Shown here piece after piece: positions 21,153-33,442 of a stretch of 64,000 nucleotides of DNA. The stretch is from NCBI GenBank assembly GCA_963705255.1, contig OY970061.1, positions 512,001-576,000 on the forward strand, in the 5' to 3' direction. Origin of the DNA: an uncultured Methanoregulaceae archaeon (lineage in GTDB: Archaea; Halobacteriota; Methanomicrobia; Methanomicrobiales; Methanospirillaceae). The notes beneath the pieces were generated by a model, which was given only the letters and a program-made list of their open reading frames with translations, did no database searches and was not told the DNA's origin. Position numbers and translations under genes: made by a program. Position 1 is the first letter of the stretch, and each line of letters starts with the position of its first letter.

Positions 21153-21320
21153 GTGATGAACGCCGCCGCCCCCGGCGGGGCGCAGTCGAAGAACTCTGAT
21201 GAGTTCTTCTCCAGCCAATCTTTGCTGAAGCAACTATTGTCTCCCCGTGGCGGATCAGTGACGAATAAATTCTGAAAACCTTCCTGCCCCGCCGTGCCTC
21301 GGAGAGGCCCTGAGGCGGGG
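21153..21320 (+). repeat. Bipartite palindromic repeat A with a 59-nt mini-element inserted (21184-21242)
   Basis: Aligns with 57107-57220; the left arm GGGGCGC^CCCCG is split by the insert. Confidence 0.88.
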
Positions 21321-21358
21321 AACCCTCGCTCCTATGAATTTTCCGATCCGGCCTCCAC

Positions 21359-21420
21359 GGTCGAAGAACTCTGATGAGTTCTTCTCCTCCTCGAGGTTCT
21401 GACGAACCTCTTCGGATTCT
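21359..21420 (+). repeat. Stand-alone two-hairpin mini-element abutting the nitroreductase stop codon
   Basis: TCGAAGAACTC-TGAT-GAGTTCTTCTC then TCC-TC-GAGGTTC-TGAC-GAACCTC-TTC-GGA. Confidence 0.85.
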
Positions 21421-22018
21421 AAAAAAAGATCTCCTCCCTCGGCAGCCGCCATTTCGGGTGCTGGGTGTCGGCCGCGTACCCGATCGCGCACAGGACCACC
21501 GGCACGTACTCTTCCGGCAGGAAGAGGACTTCGGCAAAGCCGGCCGGTTCGAAACCCCCCATCGGGCAGGAGTCGAGCCCGAGCGATTTTGCGCCGTTCA
21601 CCGCGTTTGCAAGCGCGATATGGACCTGCTCGCGGGCAAAACCGAGCCGCTGTTCCGGGCTCATGGACCCGATATAGCCCCGTATCATGGCTTCATGCCG
21701 CCGGATATCGTCCTCCGGCATCCCGGTCAGGTCCATGACCTCGAGCACCTTGTCGGCAAGCCGTTCCAGTTCGGTATTGGCGCAGAAGACCAGCAGGTGC
21801 GAGCAGGTGGTGATCTGCGGCTGGTCATGCGCGAACGGGCGCAGCAGTGCCTTGATCTTGGCCCCGGTGACGACCTTGACCTTCCAGGGCTGCAGGTTGA
21901 ACGCCGACGGTGAGTAGCGGATGAGGTCAAGGAGCGCAAACAGTTTCGGTTCCTCCACCATCCTGCCATCGAACTCCTTGGTGGCGTACCGCTGCATCAG
22001 GATATCTTTGAACTCCAT
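21419..22018 (-). CDS. Nitroreductase (NfsB-like)
   Basis: RYATKEFD, SPSAFNLQPWK, GLDSCPMGGF, CAIGY, KWRLP. Confidence 0.92.
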   Translation of the reverse strand: MEFKDILMQRYATKEFDGRMVEEPKLFALLDLIRYSPSAFNLQPWKVKVVTGAKIKALLRPFAHDQPQITTCSHLLVFCANTELERLADKVLEVMDLTGMPEDDIRRHEAMIRGYIGSMSPEQRLGFAREQVHIALANAVNGAKSLGLDSCPMGGFEPAGFAEVLFLPEEYVPVVLCAIGYAADTQHPKWRLPREEIFF

Positions 22019-22089
22019 TCCCGTCCTCTCATGATCTCTCTGATCCTACCTGACCTGTTGGGGTTACCAGATAAAAAATGGTGGCAGGC

Positions 22090-22752
22090 CTACGGGATCT
22101 TCGCGTACGCTTTCTGTGCAAGTGCTGTTACGGTTGCCACGTCTGCCCCGGGGCCGGTCACGCTGATCACTTCAAAGGTGGTCCCGCGGGAGAAGACGAC
22201 CTCCGCGATATCGTCTTTCGCGAGCGTCTCGACATCATGGTTCTCCGGCCCGGAGACAAGCGGGTTCGCATTGGTGGGCTTTACCAGGACCGGGGCACTC
22301 GCTCTGCCGTAAAATCCTGTGCCCTGTCCTCCCGGGACACCGGTACCGATCTCCGTATAATTCAGGTCAGTGTCGGACTGGTCCTGGGTATCAACCATTT
22401 TCACAATATCAGGCATGGTACCCCCGGGATACACAGCGATGGACTGGACGATCACGGTCTGCCTGCCTCCGGCAGGGGGGGTGCTGGACCAGCGCACGAC
22501 ATACCCCCCCTGCCAGCCGAGTTGCCGTGCCAGTGTCCCGACCTCAGAACTGTTTTTTGCCCTGCTCTCGACCAGGGTAAACCCCGGGGCGAGATCCGCC
22601 GGGGTCAGGGCGAGGTCTGCGAGGACCGGTCCTGCAGCGGGAGAGACCGTGGCGGTGACCGGAACCGGGGCCGGTGTACTGTGGGTACAACCAGCGGCCA
22701 GGAGAAGAGAAAAGACAAGAAATACGAGGATCAGGGAGCGCGAAACAACCAT
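22090..22752 (-). CDS. Putative lipoprotein, function unknown
   Basis: Hydrophobic signal ending LLLAAGC; DLALTPADL..GF motif. Confidence 0.75.
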   Translation of the reverse strand: MVVSRSLILVFLVFSLLLAAGCTHSTPAPVPVTATVSPAAGPVLADLALTPADLAPGFTLVESRAKNSSEVGTLARQLGWQGGYVVRWSSTPPAGGRQTVIVQSIAVYPGGTMPDIVKMVDTQDQSDTDLNYTEIGTGVPGGQGTGFYGRASAPVLVKPTNANPLVSGPENHDVETLAKDDIAEVVFSRGTTFEVISVTGPGADVATVTALAQKAYAKIP

Positions 22753-22831
22753 GGTACAGTATCGATGTGACCGGCACAAAAAGGTGTTTGTTTGTGCCGG
22801 ACCGGGCATTCAGCACCTGTCCGCACGCGGA

Positions 22832-23074
22832 TTATTGCTGCCCGGCTTCAGGACCTTTGATGCAGTAGTAGGCTTTCCTGAAGCCCAGCCCCAGAAAGAC
22901 CGGGCAGGCAGGGCAGGCGCAGCCCTTCTTCTCAAAGGTGCACTCAGGGGATTTGCCGGTCAGGCAGAACAGGAGTCCATCGCCGGCCCGCATGCACTCG
23001 TTGTAGGTGGGGCACGGCTCGCACAGGCACTTTCCCCTGTTCTCTTCGGTCATTTTTTTCAGGTCTCCGGTCAT
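22832..23074 (-). CDS. DUF2769-like Cys-rich protein
   Basis: CLCEPCPTY..C, LFC..GKS..C...KGC.C..CPV, YYC. Confidence 0.85.
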   Translation of the reverse strand: MTGDLKKMTEENRGKCLCEPCPTYNECMRAGDGLLFCLTGKSPECTFEKKGCACPACPVFLGLGFRKAYYCIKGPEAGQQ

Positions 23075-23225
23075 CCCATACCCCCATGCCCGTCCCGCCG
23101 GGGCCGGACAGGATCTGTACGTAAATTATCGGACGCTCCCAGATAATACTAGTGCCGCCCCCGGTGCGGGGGACGGGAAAAAGTACGGCAAAAAGAATAA
23201 GAGGGTGGTCTTAAAATTATATTCC

Positions 23226-23955
23226 ATGCCTGCGCCACTTGTCGGAAGAAAGTTCGGTGTCAATATCGTCCCGGTCCCGGACCGTGCCTCCTGCCAGAAG
23301 ATCCGGGTGCTCGGGATCTCGGGGTCGAGCCGCCAGCAGCCGGCGATGAGCAAGTCCGAACGCCTCCTCAAGGCGGCACTTGAGACATGCAGCAGCTACG
23401 GGTGCCAGACCTCGTTCCTGCGCTTAAAGGACCTCAGGATTTATGACTGCGAAGGGAACTATTCAGAAAACCCTTCGTACTGCACCTATCCCTGCCAGAG
23501 CTCGCTTAAGTACCGATGACGACCAGATGCAGGCCGTGTACGATGCCGTCCTGTCCTCCGACATCCTCTTCCTCGCGACCCCGATCCGCTGGAACAACCA
23601 CTCGGCGCTCGTCCAGAAGTTCGTTGAGCGGATGAACTCCATCGAGAACCAGTACTCGTGGTTCGGGAACCGGATGATCCGGGACAAGGTGGCCGGCCTC
23701 ATCATCATCGGGCACGTGGACGGGATCCAGCACGTGGCGGGAAACCTCCTCAACTTCTTCTCGTGGCTCGGGTTCCATATCCCGGAGATTGCGATCGCCT
23801 CATGGGTGGGGGAGAATGACGAGGACACGACCAAGGACTGGGCCCTGATCGAGAACAACCGGTACACCCGGGAAGACCTGCAGAACCTGGTGGCGAGTTC
23901 CATCCGCCTTGCCTGCGCCCTCCGGAGCCACGTAGCGGAAGAGACGGCCGCGTAG
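23226..23955 (+). CDS. Flavodoxin-fold / iron-sulfur flavoprotein-like FMN reductase, with an indel near 23515
   Basis: VLGISGSSR, IYDCEG...CTYPC in one frame; DDQMQAVY...ATPIRW...KFVERM in the next. Confidence 0.8.
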
Positions 23956-24161
23956 TTCACGGGTCGCAACGGGCCTCATGTACGCCGCCCGCCTGCCGGA
24001 GAAGATCGACTGGACTGGCGACAGACCGTTGCAGTCCATGAGCAGAGATGTTTTTCCGGCCCTGACATTCACCGTCCCGCGGGACAGCGATACTGTAATC
24101 ATAAATACGATGGATCTTCAAACTGTACTTACCAGAAAGGAAGCAGGAGTGGCATCAGAGC

Positions 24162-25139
24162 ATGTTTCCCCAGAGACGGATGAGGAGGGCACGGTCACGG
24201 AATATCCAGCCGCTCCTGCGCGAGATCACCCTGACAAAAGATGATCTCGTGGCCCCGCTTTTTGTCGATGAGACGATCGCGGCCCCACGACTTATCGATT
24301 CGATGCCGGGACAGTCCCGGTACCCGGTCAGCGGTATCGGGAGTGCGGCGCAGGAGTTGTGGAAGAAAGGGATCCGGGCGGTACTGCTGTTCGGGGTCCC
24401 GGAGAAGAAAGACCCGGAAGGGCGGTCCGCGTACGAACCGGAAGGGGTAGTCCAGCAGGCTGTCCGGCGGGTGAAGGCAGAGGTCCCGGGCATGGTCGTC
24501 ATCACCGACGTCTGTGCCTGCGAGTACACCGATCACGGGCACTGCGGGATCGTCGGGGAGACCCGCTACGGCCTCGACCTGCTCAACGACCCGTCGCTCG
24601 AACTCATGAACCGGATCGCCCTCAGCCACGCAGAGGCAGGTGCCGACATCGTGGCCCCGTCGTGCATGCTCGACGGCATGGTCGGGTCGATCCGCACGGC
24701 GCTCGACACCGCAGGGTTCGGGGAGGTCCTGATAATGTCCTATTCGACAAAGTTCGCATCGGCCCTGTACGGCCCGTTCCGGGAGGCGGCCGACTCCGGG
24801 TTCGCGTTTGGCGACCGCACCAGCTACCAGATCAGCCCGGCGAACGGCCGCGAGGCGTTCCTCGAGTCCCGGATGGACGCAGAGGAGGGGGCCGACATCC
24901 TGATGGTGAAACCCGCGGGGTTCTACCTCGACGTGCTCTCGGAAGTCGCGACCCTCGGCCTGCCGGTTGCCGCGTACCAGGTGAGCGGCGAATACTCGAT
25001 GATCAAGGGCGCCGCAGCGAACGGGTGGCTGAATGAGAGGGAGACGGTACTCGAGAGCCTGACCTGCATCAAGCGGGCGGGTGCCGACCTGATCATCACG
25101 TACTTTGCAGGCGAGGCCGCCGGGTGGCTCGATGAATAA
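24162..25139 (+). CDS. hemB: Porphobilinogen synthase
   Basis: [40 protein letters not shown]. Confidence 0.97.
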   Translation: MFPQRRMRRARSRNIQPLLREITLTKDDLVAPLFVDETIAAPRLIDSMPGQSRYPVSGIGSAAQELWKKGIRAVLLFGVPEKKDPEGRSAYEPEGVVQQAVRRVKAEVPGMVVITDVCACEYTDHGHCGIVGETRYGLDLLNDPSLELMNRIALSHAEAGADIVAPSCMLDGMVGSIRTALDTAGFGEVLIMSYSTKFASALYGPFREAADSGFAFGDRTSYQISPANGREAFLESRMDAEEGADILMVKPAGFYLDVLSEVATLGLPVAAYQVSGEYSMIKGAAANGWLNERETVLESLTCIKRAGADLIITYFAGEAAGWLDE

Positions 25140-26382
25140 GGAGAGCAGCAGCGAGCTCTTCGGGCTTGCAAAGACCCTGATGCCCGGCGGCGTCAGCAGC
25201 CCGGTGAGGGCGATCAAACCCTACCCGTTCTATACAGCAAGGGCCGAAGGTTCCCGCCTGACTGTTGTCGACGGTTACCAGCTCATCGACTGCTGCATGG
25301 CCTACGGCCCGCTCATTCTCGGGCATGCACACCCGCTCGTGAAGAATGCCATCGCGGCCCGGCTCGGGGACGGCTGGCTCTACGGCACGCCCTCGCCACT
25401 CGAACCCGAATTTGCCGGCATGATCACCGCCGACCACCCGGGCATGGAGATGGTGCGGTTCGTCTCGAGCGGTTCGGAAGCGACCATGGCGGCAATCCGG
25501 CTCGCCCGCGGCTTTACCGGAAAGAAGGATATCGTCAAGATCGAAGGCGGGTTCCACGGGGCCCACGACGGGGTGCTGGTCAAAGCCGGTTCAGGTGCCA
25601 CGACCATGGGGGTCCCCGACTCGGCCGGCGTCCTTGCCGACCTCGTCGCCCATACCCTGCAGGTGCCGTACAATGACCCCGGGATGCTGGAATCCGTCCT
25701 TTCCGCTCATGACGATGTTGCAGCGTTCATCCTCGAACCCGTCCTCGGAAACATCGGCCCCGTCCTGCCGGAGGACCACTACCTCCGGGAGGTCCGGGAG
25801 ATCACGAAGGCCCACGACGTGCTCCTCATCTTCGACGAAGTCATCACCGGTTACCGGGTCGGGATCGGCGGAGCCCAGGTGAAGTACGGGGTCAGGCCGG
25901 ACCTCACCACGCTCGGCAAGATCATCGGCGGGGGGCTGCCGATCGGTGCCTTTGGCGGGAGGCGGGAGATCATGGAACTGGTGGCGCCGCAGGGACCGGT
26001 CTACCAGGCAGGGACGTTCTCGGGGAACCCGCTCTCGCTGACCGCGGGCATCGCCACCCTGCGCTACCTCCACAGCCACTCGTCCCTGTACGACAGCCTC
26101 GACCGGAAGACCCGGGCCCTCGGGGAGTCGCTCGGCGAGGGAGGGAGCGGATCCTTTGTCCGGCTCGGCTCGATGTTCAAGTATTTCTTCCGGGCTGAAC
26201 CCCCTCAAAACTACCGGGAAGTGAAGGAATGCGACACCGCGGCATTCGGCATGTTCTGGAAACGGATGCTGGACGACGGCATCTTCCTGCCGCCCTCCCA
26301 GTTCGAGACCAACTTCCTCTCGGCAGCGCACAGCGATCAGGACCTTGCAACCCTCGCACGGGCGTACACACAATGCCGGTAA
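25132..26382 (+). CDS. hemL: Glutamate-1-semialdehyde 2,1-aminomutase
   Basis: [43 protein letters not shown]. Confidence 0.97.
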   Translation: MNKESSSELFGLAKTLMPGGVSSPVRAIKPYPFYTARAEGSRLTVVDGYQLIDCCMAYGPLILGHAHPLVKNAIAARLGDGWLYGTPSPLEPEFAGMITADHPGMEMVRFVSSGSEATMAAIRLARGFTGKKDIVKIEGGFHGAHDGVLVKAGSGATTMGVPDSAGVLADLVAHTLQVPYNDPGMLESVLSAHDDVAAFILEPVLGNIGPVLPEDHYLREVREITKAHDVLLIFDEVITGYRVGIGGAQVKYGVRPDLTTLGKIIGGGLPIGAFGGRREIMELVAPQGPVYQAGTFSGNPLSLTAGIATLRYLHSHSSLYDSLDRKTRALGESLGEGGSGSFVRLGSMFKYFFRAEPPQNYREVKECDTAAFGMFWKRMLDDGIFLPPSQFETNFLSAAHSDQDLATLARAYTQCR

Positions 26383-27257
26383 AGATCGGGACCCGGGGCA
26401 GCAAGCTTGCCCTCGTCCAGACAGAGACGGTCATGAAAAAACTGACCGCGCTCGGCATCGAATCGGAAAAAGTGATCGTCAGCACTCAGGGGGATACCTC
26501 CACCCAGGTGCCCCTCCACGAGATCGGCGGGCAGGGGGTTTTTGTCCGGGCCCTTGACGACGCGATCCTTGCCGGGGAGATCGACTGCGCAGTCCACAGC
26601 ATGAAAGACATCCCCGCCTTCCGCCCGAGCGGGCTGGTCACAGCGGCCGTGCTCAAGCGCGACTCCGCGGCCGATTTTCTCGCCCACCGGGGCGCGATCT
26701 CATCCGTGAAGATTGTCGGCACCTCGAGCACCCGCAGGCGCGCCCAGCTCCTCCGCCATGACCCGGATATTGTCACCAAGGACCTCCGCGGGAACGTGGA
26801 CACCCGGATCCGGAAGATGAGCGCCGGCGAGTACGACGCCATCGTCCTTGCCGAGGGCGGGCTGACCCGGCTCGGGATCCGGATCCAGGGCGAGCGGTTT
26901 CCCCCGGAAAAATTCGTCCCGTCGCCCAACCAGGGGACCATTGCGGTCGTGAGCCGGGCCGACCCCTCCTTAATGGAGGTCCTGTCGGCACTCGACCACC
27001 CGCAGACCCGGACGGATGTCGCTATCGAACGGGCGGTCATGGAGCAGCTGGGCGGGGGATGTTTCACGCCGCTCGGCATCTACTGCCGGGCAGGGCACCT
27101 CATAGCAGAGGTTCTCTCGCTGGACGGGCAGCGGACGGAACGGATCGAGACGGATATCAAAACCATCGAACAGGCCCGTGAGCAGGGGCGGCAGCTGCGG
27201 ACGAGGGCACAGGACCTGATCGACGAGGCATACAAAAAACTGGGGGTTCATGCATGA
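26373..27257 (+). CDS. hemC: Hydroxymethylbilane synthase
   Basis: [38 protein letters not shown]. Confidence 0.97.
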   Translation: MPVKIGTRGSKLALVQTETVMKKLTALGIESEKVIVSTQGDTSTQVPLHEIGGQGVFVRALDDAILAGEIDCAVHSMKDIPAFRPSGLVTAAVLKRDSAADFLAHRGAISSVKIVGTSSTRRRAQLLRHDPDIVTKDLRGNVDTRIRKMSAGEYDAIVLAEGGLTRLGIRIQGERFPPEKFVPSPNQGTIAVVSRADPSLMEVLSALDHPQTRTDVAIERAVMEQLGGGCFTPLGIYCRAGHLIAEVLSLDGQRTERIETDIKTIEQAREQGRQLRTRAQDLIDEAYKKLGVHA

Positions 27258-28012
27258 ATGGTAAAGTGTACCTTGTCGGGTCCGGCCCGGGCGGCGAAGG
27301 GCTCCTCACCCGGCGCGGGCGGCACGTGATCGACATGGCCGATGTCGTGCTCTTCGACCAGCTGCCCGGGGAAGAGATCCTCGCCTCGCTCCCGGCCCGG
27401 GCCGAGAAGATCGACTGCGGCAAGTACGGCGGCAGCCACACGCTCGAGCAGGACGAGATCGAGGCCCTGCTGGTGGACCGGGCACGGAAGGGAAAGGTTG
27501 TGGTCAGGCTCAAGGGCGGCGACCCGTTCCTCTTCGGCCGCGGCGGGGAGGAGATGGAGACGGTCCGCGCCGCCGGGATCCCGGTCGAGATGGTGCCGGG
27601 CATATCGAGCGCCCTCGCCGTCCCGGCATCGGTCGGCATCCCGCTCACCCACCGGAGATATGCCTCGCAGGTGACTATCCTGACCGGCAACGAGGACCCT
27701 GCCAAACCCGGGCCGGCTCTCGACTGGAGACTGCTGGCGGAGAGCCGGGGGACCATCGTCATCCTCATGGGCGTTGCGAACCTTCCGAAGATTGCCGAAG
27801 CGCTGCTGAAGAACCACAAGCCGGCGGAGACCCCGGTCGCCATCATCGAGCGGGGCCTGAGGAGGGACCGGAGAGTAACAACGGGAACCCTTGCGGCCAT
27901 CGCGGAGACAGCACAAGAAGCCGGTGTCAGGCCCCCGGCGGTGATTGTGATCGGCGACGTCGTGAACCTGTACGACCCGGGCCTGCCGGACCTGATCCCT
28001 TACGAGGGTTGA
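27254..28012 (+). CDS. cobA: Uroporphyrinogen-III C-methyltransferase
   Basis: VYLVGSGPG, VVRLKGGDPFLFGRGGEE, PGISSA, GIPLTHR. Confidence 0.95.
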   Translation: MNGKVYLVGSGPGGEGLLTRRGRHVIDMADVVLFDQLPGEEILASLPARAEKIDCGKYGGSHTLEQDEIEALLVDRARKGKVVVRLKGGDPFLFGRGGEEMETVRAAGIPVEMVPGISSALAVPASVGIPLTHRRYASQVTILTGNEDPAKPGPALDWRLLAESRGTIVILMGVANLPKIAEALLKNHKPAETPVAIIERGLRRDRRVTTGTLAAIAETAQEAGVRPPAVIVIGDVVNLYDPGLPDLIPYEG

Positions 28013-28013
28013 G

Positions 28014-28466
28014 ATGAAAGATATGCTTGATATCGTTGCGAAATTTGAGAAGATCCTGTACGGGACGCTCATCCTCATGCTGATGGCCGTCCTTGTCTTT
28101 GCCGTAGTGCAGCTCGCGTGGACCCTGATCACCTCGCTGACCAACTTTTCTCCCGGGCTGCCCGAGAGCTACGGACTGGCGAATGTCCTGGGGGCCTTCC
28201 TCCTGGTGCTGATCGGTATCGAACTGCTGGACACCATGATGGAGTATTTCCGGGAGAATGCCATCCATGTTGAGATCGTCGTGCTCCTTGCGATCATCGC
28301 GATCGCCCGGAAGGTCATCCTCCTCGACCCGGCGGCCACGACCGGCTTCGAGCTGATCGGGATCGGCGTCGTGATCCTCGGGCTCGCGGGGGCCTATTAC
28401 CTGATCAAGAAAGCCGGGTTTACGATCGGAAAGGGCGGGATCGGGAAGCAGGAAAAGCGTGAGTAA
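28014..28466 (+). CDS. PsiE-family membrane protein
   Basis: LLVLIGIELLDT, AIIAIARKVILLD; four TM segments. Confidence 0.85.
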   Translation: MKDMLDIVAKFEKILYGTLILMLMAVLVFAVVQLAWTLITSLTNFSPGLPESYGLANVLGAFLLVLIGIELLDTMMEYFRENAIHVEIVVLLAIIAIARKVILLDPAATTGFELIGIGVVILGLAGAYYLIKKAGFTIGKGGIGKQEKRE

Positions 28467-29941
28467 CAGGATGACAATTTCCTTTTTGATGAATTTTTTC
28501 CATTCCCGGACTAATTCAGAAAACTCCAATCCGGCAACTAACAGTCGCAGCCAGATCAAGACTGAAGCCCGCCCCCGTCCTTTCACACGGACCAGCACGG
28601 AAAACTTCAACCGGACCCCGCTCAAAATGTTTTCCACCGCCATCCGGATTGCGATCGAACATCGTTTCCCGATCAATCAAACCATGGTTAAAAATTTTCA
28701 ACCGAGCTTTGATTGAACAATTTTCAGCAGACCCTGCTTGAAAAATATTCATCAGCCCTCTCATTGGAAAATATCACTCACCTCCTCCTCCTCCCCAGCC
28801 CGGGCTCACGGCGATATGCGATGAGAAAAATATCTCGATCAGGCCCCTAAAACAGGGGGTTCTTTTCGTTTCAGCCTGCCGGGGGTCGATCCGGGGCTGA
28901 AATCGGCCGCTGGAACGCTGCTAAATACGTCCTCAATTCTCCGACGTGGAAATAAGAAAAATCCGGGAATTATTCCCCCATTTTCGCGAATTATTGCCTC
29001 TCCGGGATCTGTGCCAGCAGTACAGGAAGAAAGTCTCCGACGGAGAAGTGCAAATTGGAGAGAGCTGGTCCTCAAGGTCCCGGATAATATCTCCCATGGT
29101 TCCCGACATCAACCTACCCACTGCCAGAAAACCACCCTCAGGCAATGCTCTCCAGAGTAGAACCCCTGTACTCAGGCGGCAGCCCGGACCTGCAATCCTG
29201 CCGAAAAATAACTGCCTGGAATGACCCCTTTTTGCCAAACGGAGCCCGATTCGAAAGGTCGGATTTTTGATAGTCGCGTTTTTTTGCGAATTACAACACA
29301 TCGTTTTCAAGATACGTCCGTTTCGTCGTCCTTTCGTCTGTTTGAGGGGTATTTCAGCCTCTAAAAAACGTCTAATTGTTGCCTTTTGTGTACCAGGGAA
29401 CCGGAATCCTGGAGATCAGGTCGCGAAATGAAATGGCAGGGGGTGGGAAGATCTCCACGATCTTGCCGTCGTCTCCTGGAGGAGTGACGAGGTAACGATA
29501 AACCTTGCCGAGCTGAAGAAGCGTGTGAGGTGGGTGACCCGCTGGCCTCCGTCTCCAAAAATTTTTCAAAATCCCTGGACCCGCATTGAAAGTATTTGAG
29601 AGTCCCATACCAGTCTTCAAAAATTTTCCGGACTCTTCAATCATTCATCAAGATTTTTTCCGCTCTGAAAAATTTCTCTAAAACAAATTATTTCCGAAAA
29701 TTTTCCCGGCTCAAAAAAAAATTCCCGCCGCCAACCTGTCAGATCCCCCGGACGACGTACCGGGAGCCGGGGCCCGCTCCCGCCACACCTGCCCGGGCGG
29801 CATCACCCGCCGGCCTCTCCCCAGGAGACCCGTCGGGCAGAGGCATTTAAGAATATTCATCATATCAGAAGGAAAATACTCCCCACTCATGCCCCCGTCT
29901 GTACTGTCTGGCGGGGTAACACCGGGGCGGAGTGTGATACC

Positions 29942-31634
29942 ATGTATACGCTCGACATCAGAACCCTTTTTGTGACGCTCTTTCTCGTCAATGTCGTCCT
30001 CACGCTGATGCTCTTTGTCTTCTGGAGGTCCCAGAAGACTCATGACGGGTTCAGGACATGGATGCTCTCCCTGCTGGTCACCACCTGCGGGTATTTTCTG
30101 TACCTGATCAGTGGGTCCCTGGCTGTTCAGCTCTACTCAACGGTGGCAAATCTTTTGATCGTGCTGTCGGTCATGATGCGGCTTGACAGCACCAGGAGAT
30201 ATTTCCGGTCAAGAGCGCTCCCCCGGATCATGTACGCCACCCTGATACCGGCCGCCCTCCTCTTACTCTGGTTTACGTACCGTGTCGATTCGGTTGTCAT
30301 GCGTGGCGTGATCATCGGGCTGCTCATCGTTCCCTCGTTCCTCGCGACCTCCTTCATCGCGGTACGGGCCAGGGAACCGGAGACGCGGTTGCTCAGGTAC
30401 AGCTTCGCTTCAGCCCTCATGGTCACGGCCCTCCTCTGGACCGCGATAACCGTCATCGCGATCGTCACCCCCGGGGACCACTCGCTCCTGGGCCCGGATC
30501 CCATAAACCCGATCTTCTTTATCGTCACGATCCTGATGGATATCGTCTCCACGGGATCCTTCCTGATGCTCAATATGGCCCGCTCCCAGACCGAGCTCCG
30601 GAAGAGCGAGGAGGGGTACCGGAACCTTGCGGACAACCTCCCCGATTATATCCTCGTACACGACGGGGAGTCCATCCGGTACGCCAACCCGGGCAGCGGC
30701 CCGGCTCACGGGATCGTCCGGAGAAACCCTTGCGGGAAGATCGATCTCTTCGTTCATGACCGCTGCGAGTGCTGAGGCTTTCCGGGCGTTCACCAGTGCA
30801 ATCCGCAACGGGGAATCCCCCTCACCGCTCGGTGGGATCGATATCCGGCTCGGGGACGGCACTATCAGGCACTGCCTGATCAAGACCGTCCGGATCGAAG
30901 ATGTGGGGATGCCGGCATTCTTGTCCGTGATCACCGATATCACCGAGCGGAAGGCAGCAGAGGATGCACTCTCCCGGTTGAATAAGAAGCTCACGATCCT
31001 CTCATCGATAACCCGGCACGACATCAAGAACCAGCTCATGGCCCTCTCGACCTATCTCGAGCTCTCGGGAGAAAGTCTCGGCAACGTTCCCGCCGCATCG
31101 GGGTATCTCAGAACGGGGATGGAGATTGCCCGGACGATGGGGCAGCAGATCGATTTCACCAAAGTCTATGAGGATATGGGAACGACAGCCCCTGCCTGGC
31201 AGAACATCAGTGCAAGTGTCCGGCGGGCAGTTGCCGCCCTGCCCATGCGGGATGTACGGGTGGAGGTCGACCGGTCGGATCTTGAAATTTATGCCGATCC
31301 CCTGTTCGAAAAGATCTTTTATAATCTGATCGACAATGCCCTGAAATACGGCGGCGGGGCAATGACGACCATCCGCATATCCTCAAATGAAACGGGCGGG
31401 GGACTCGTGGTTGCCTGCGAGGACGACGGGGTCGGCATTCCGGGCGGGGACAAGCAGCACCTCTTCGAGCGGGGCTACGGGAAACATACCGGCCTCGGCC
31501 TCTTCCTCTCCCGCGAGATCCTCTCGATCACCGCTATCGCCATCGCCGAGACCGGTGAGCCGGGAAGAGGGGCCCGCTTCGAGATCCTGGTGCCGAAGGA
31601 CCACTACCGGGTGATACCGGATACGGGTAAATAA
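29942..31634 (+). CDS. 7-TM PAS-domain sensor histidine kinase, with an indel near 30690
   Basis: Seven hydrophobic helices, PAS, DITERK, ITRHDIKNQL, NLIDNALKYG, EDDGVGI, TGLGLFL. Confidence 0.88.
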
Positions 31635-31729
31635 TGCGCCGGGTTCCCGGGCAGGGGAACGAACCACGCTTCTTCTGGTGCACATTTTGCAATGAACCTG
31701 CCCGGCCCCCGGCCACGCCGGCCCCGATC

Positions 31730-33196
31730 CTATCCCAGAAACTTCCGGATGTTTGCTGCCTGCAGGATCATTGGCTGGAGATCGTTGTTCCGGTTATCGT
31801 GAAGCGCCTGGAGAATTGAATTCGTGACCAGCCGGTGCACATCATGTACCTCATCTCCGCAGATCCGTTCTGCTGCTTTCTTCATGGACGATGAAAGGAA
31901 CGGCGAGTCCGGATTCATGTACCGGATCGCATCGAGAAGATCCCGGTCAAAATTCACGTACACTTCACGCACGAACGCAAGGTCATCACGGTCAAGCGCT
32001 GACAATCCCAGAATCTCGGGGGGAACACCGATCGAGTACATGGCAGCAGTAAAGGTGATCGCCCGGGGCAGCGTGACACCGCCGGTACTCCGGGTATAGC
32101 CGAACAGGCCGATGTGGAGTTTGCGCTTGCGCCGGCCCGGTATATGGGCTGCAACCCGGTTGACGATGTCCGTGAGCGGGAGGAGTTCGTTGATGTAGGC
32201 CTGCGTGTATTTCCCGATGATCTCACAGCACCGTTTTTCATCAATGGCCGCCGGTGCGACAACCTCGCGCTGTTCAAGCTGCCTGACTGCAGTCCGCACC
32301 GCATCCAGCGGATAGTCATACTTGAATGCGGACTGGATGGTGAAGGTATGTGCCGAAGGATACTCGGCGCTGACCCGGTCTACGGTATCCGGCCGGAGGT
32401 TGCCCCTGAACGGTGCAGACCCGACCCCGATGATCGGGAAGACCGGGGTGCCAGTCCGCTCCTGCAGGGCGTTCAGGTTAAAGAGAGTGATCTTGTTGAG
32501 CAGGACTGCGCTGACAAGCCCGTAGTTCATGGCCGGATCCGAGCGGGCAAGAAAGACCCGCTGGTAGGGGAGCTGCTTGTCGAGCAGGTACCGCCGTACC
32601 GTTGTGTGGGCACCGAGCATGCTCTTCTGGTCTTCGAATAACGGGATCACGTTGATATGCCGGGGTCCAAACGTCCCGATCCAGTCGGCGATGGTGGTAT
32701 CCCTTCCGCCGAGCCGTTTGTACTGCTTGCCGATCACAAAATCCGCGTAATACTGGTAGATGTTGTCGATGGCGGTATGGGAATCGGTCATCGGCAGGAT
32801 GACTTCAAAGATAGGCGCAATATCTTCCTTATAGAAGAGTTTTGCACTGTCGAAAGAGCGGGGGATGCTTTCCAGAGTCTCGAGCAGGATCTTTGCCTCG
32901 GCCTTCTCCACCTGCGGGTTTGGCACACGGAGGGTAAGGAAGATATCCTGTCCCAGTTTTTTTTCTGAAAAGAACGGGAAATAGGTGGTCAGGAGTTTCT
33001 TGACAACGAAGTTGTCCACTTCCTTTCCTTCGCAGTCCCACATCTGCTCCCGGCAGTTGAGGTGCGAGTAGACATAATATGCCTCCCTGACCTCATCCTC
33101 GCCACCGAGCTCGGACGATTCTGCAAAAAAAGGCACGTGGACGTTGTCCGGGTGCTGGGTGCTCATGCATTTGGGGATCCTGGGCAACTCATCCAT
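31730..33196 (-). CDS. ppcA: Archaeal-type phosphoenolpyruvate carboxylase
   Basis: MSTQHPDN, QMWDCEGK, VIPLFE, ARSDPAMNYG, GSAPFRG, LPRAI. Confidence 0.95.
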   Translation of the reverse strand: MDELPRIPKCMSTQHPDNVHVPFFAESSELGGEDEVREAYYVYSHLNCREQMWDCEGKEVDNFVVKKLLTTYFPFFSEKKLGQDIFLTLRVPNPQVEKAEAKILLETLESIPRSFDSAKLFYKEDIAPIFEVILPMTDSHTAIDNIYQYYADFVIGKQYKRLGGRDTTIADWIGTFGPRHINVIPLFEDQKSMLGAHTTVRRYLLDKQLPYQRVFLARSDPAMNYGLVSAVLLNKITLFNLNALQERTGTPVFPIIGVGSAPFRGNLRPDTVDRVSAEYPSAHTFTIQSAFKYDYPLDAVRTAVRQLEQREVVAPAAIDEKRCCEIIGKYTQAYINELLPLTDIVNRVAAHIPGRRKRKLHIGLFGYTRSTGGVTLPRAITFTAAMYSIGVPPEILGLSALDRDDLAFVREVYVNFDRDLLDAIRYMNPDSPFLSSSMKKAAERICGDEVHDVHRLVTNSILQALHDNRNNDLQPMILQAANIRKFLG

Positions 33197-33442
33197 GGGA
33201 TTCACCGGCGCCGTGCTTTCCGGTCGGACGTCTATAACCTGTTATCGTCAACCATATTTATTTTTGAGGTTGACAAACTCCGGAATTCACAACCCGGGCC
33301 GGCACCTGCTCTCCTCACCGGCTCTTGCCAAACGCCCCACTCTCACCGGCCAACGGCTGCACCATCGCGCAAGAACCGGCCCGGCATCAGGGCCACTGGC
33401 AGATTCACCCTATGAGCTGCAATCCCATCCTGGTATAATCGC

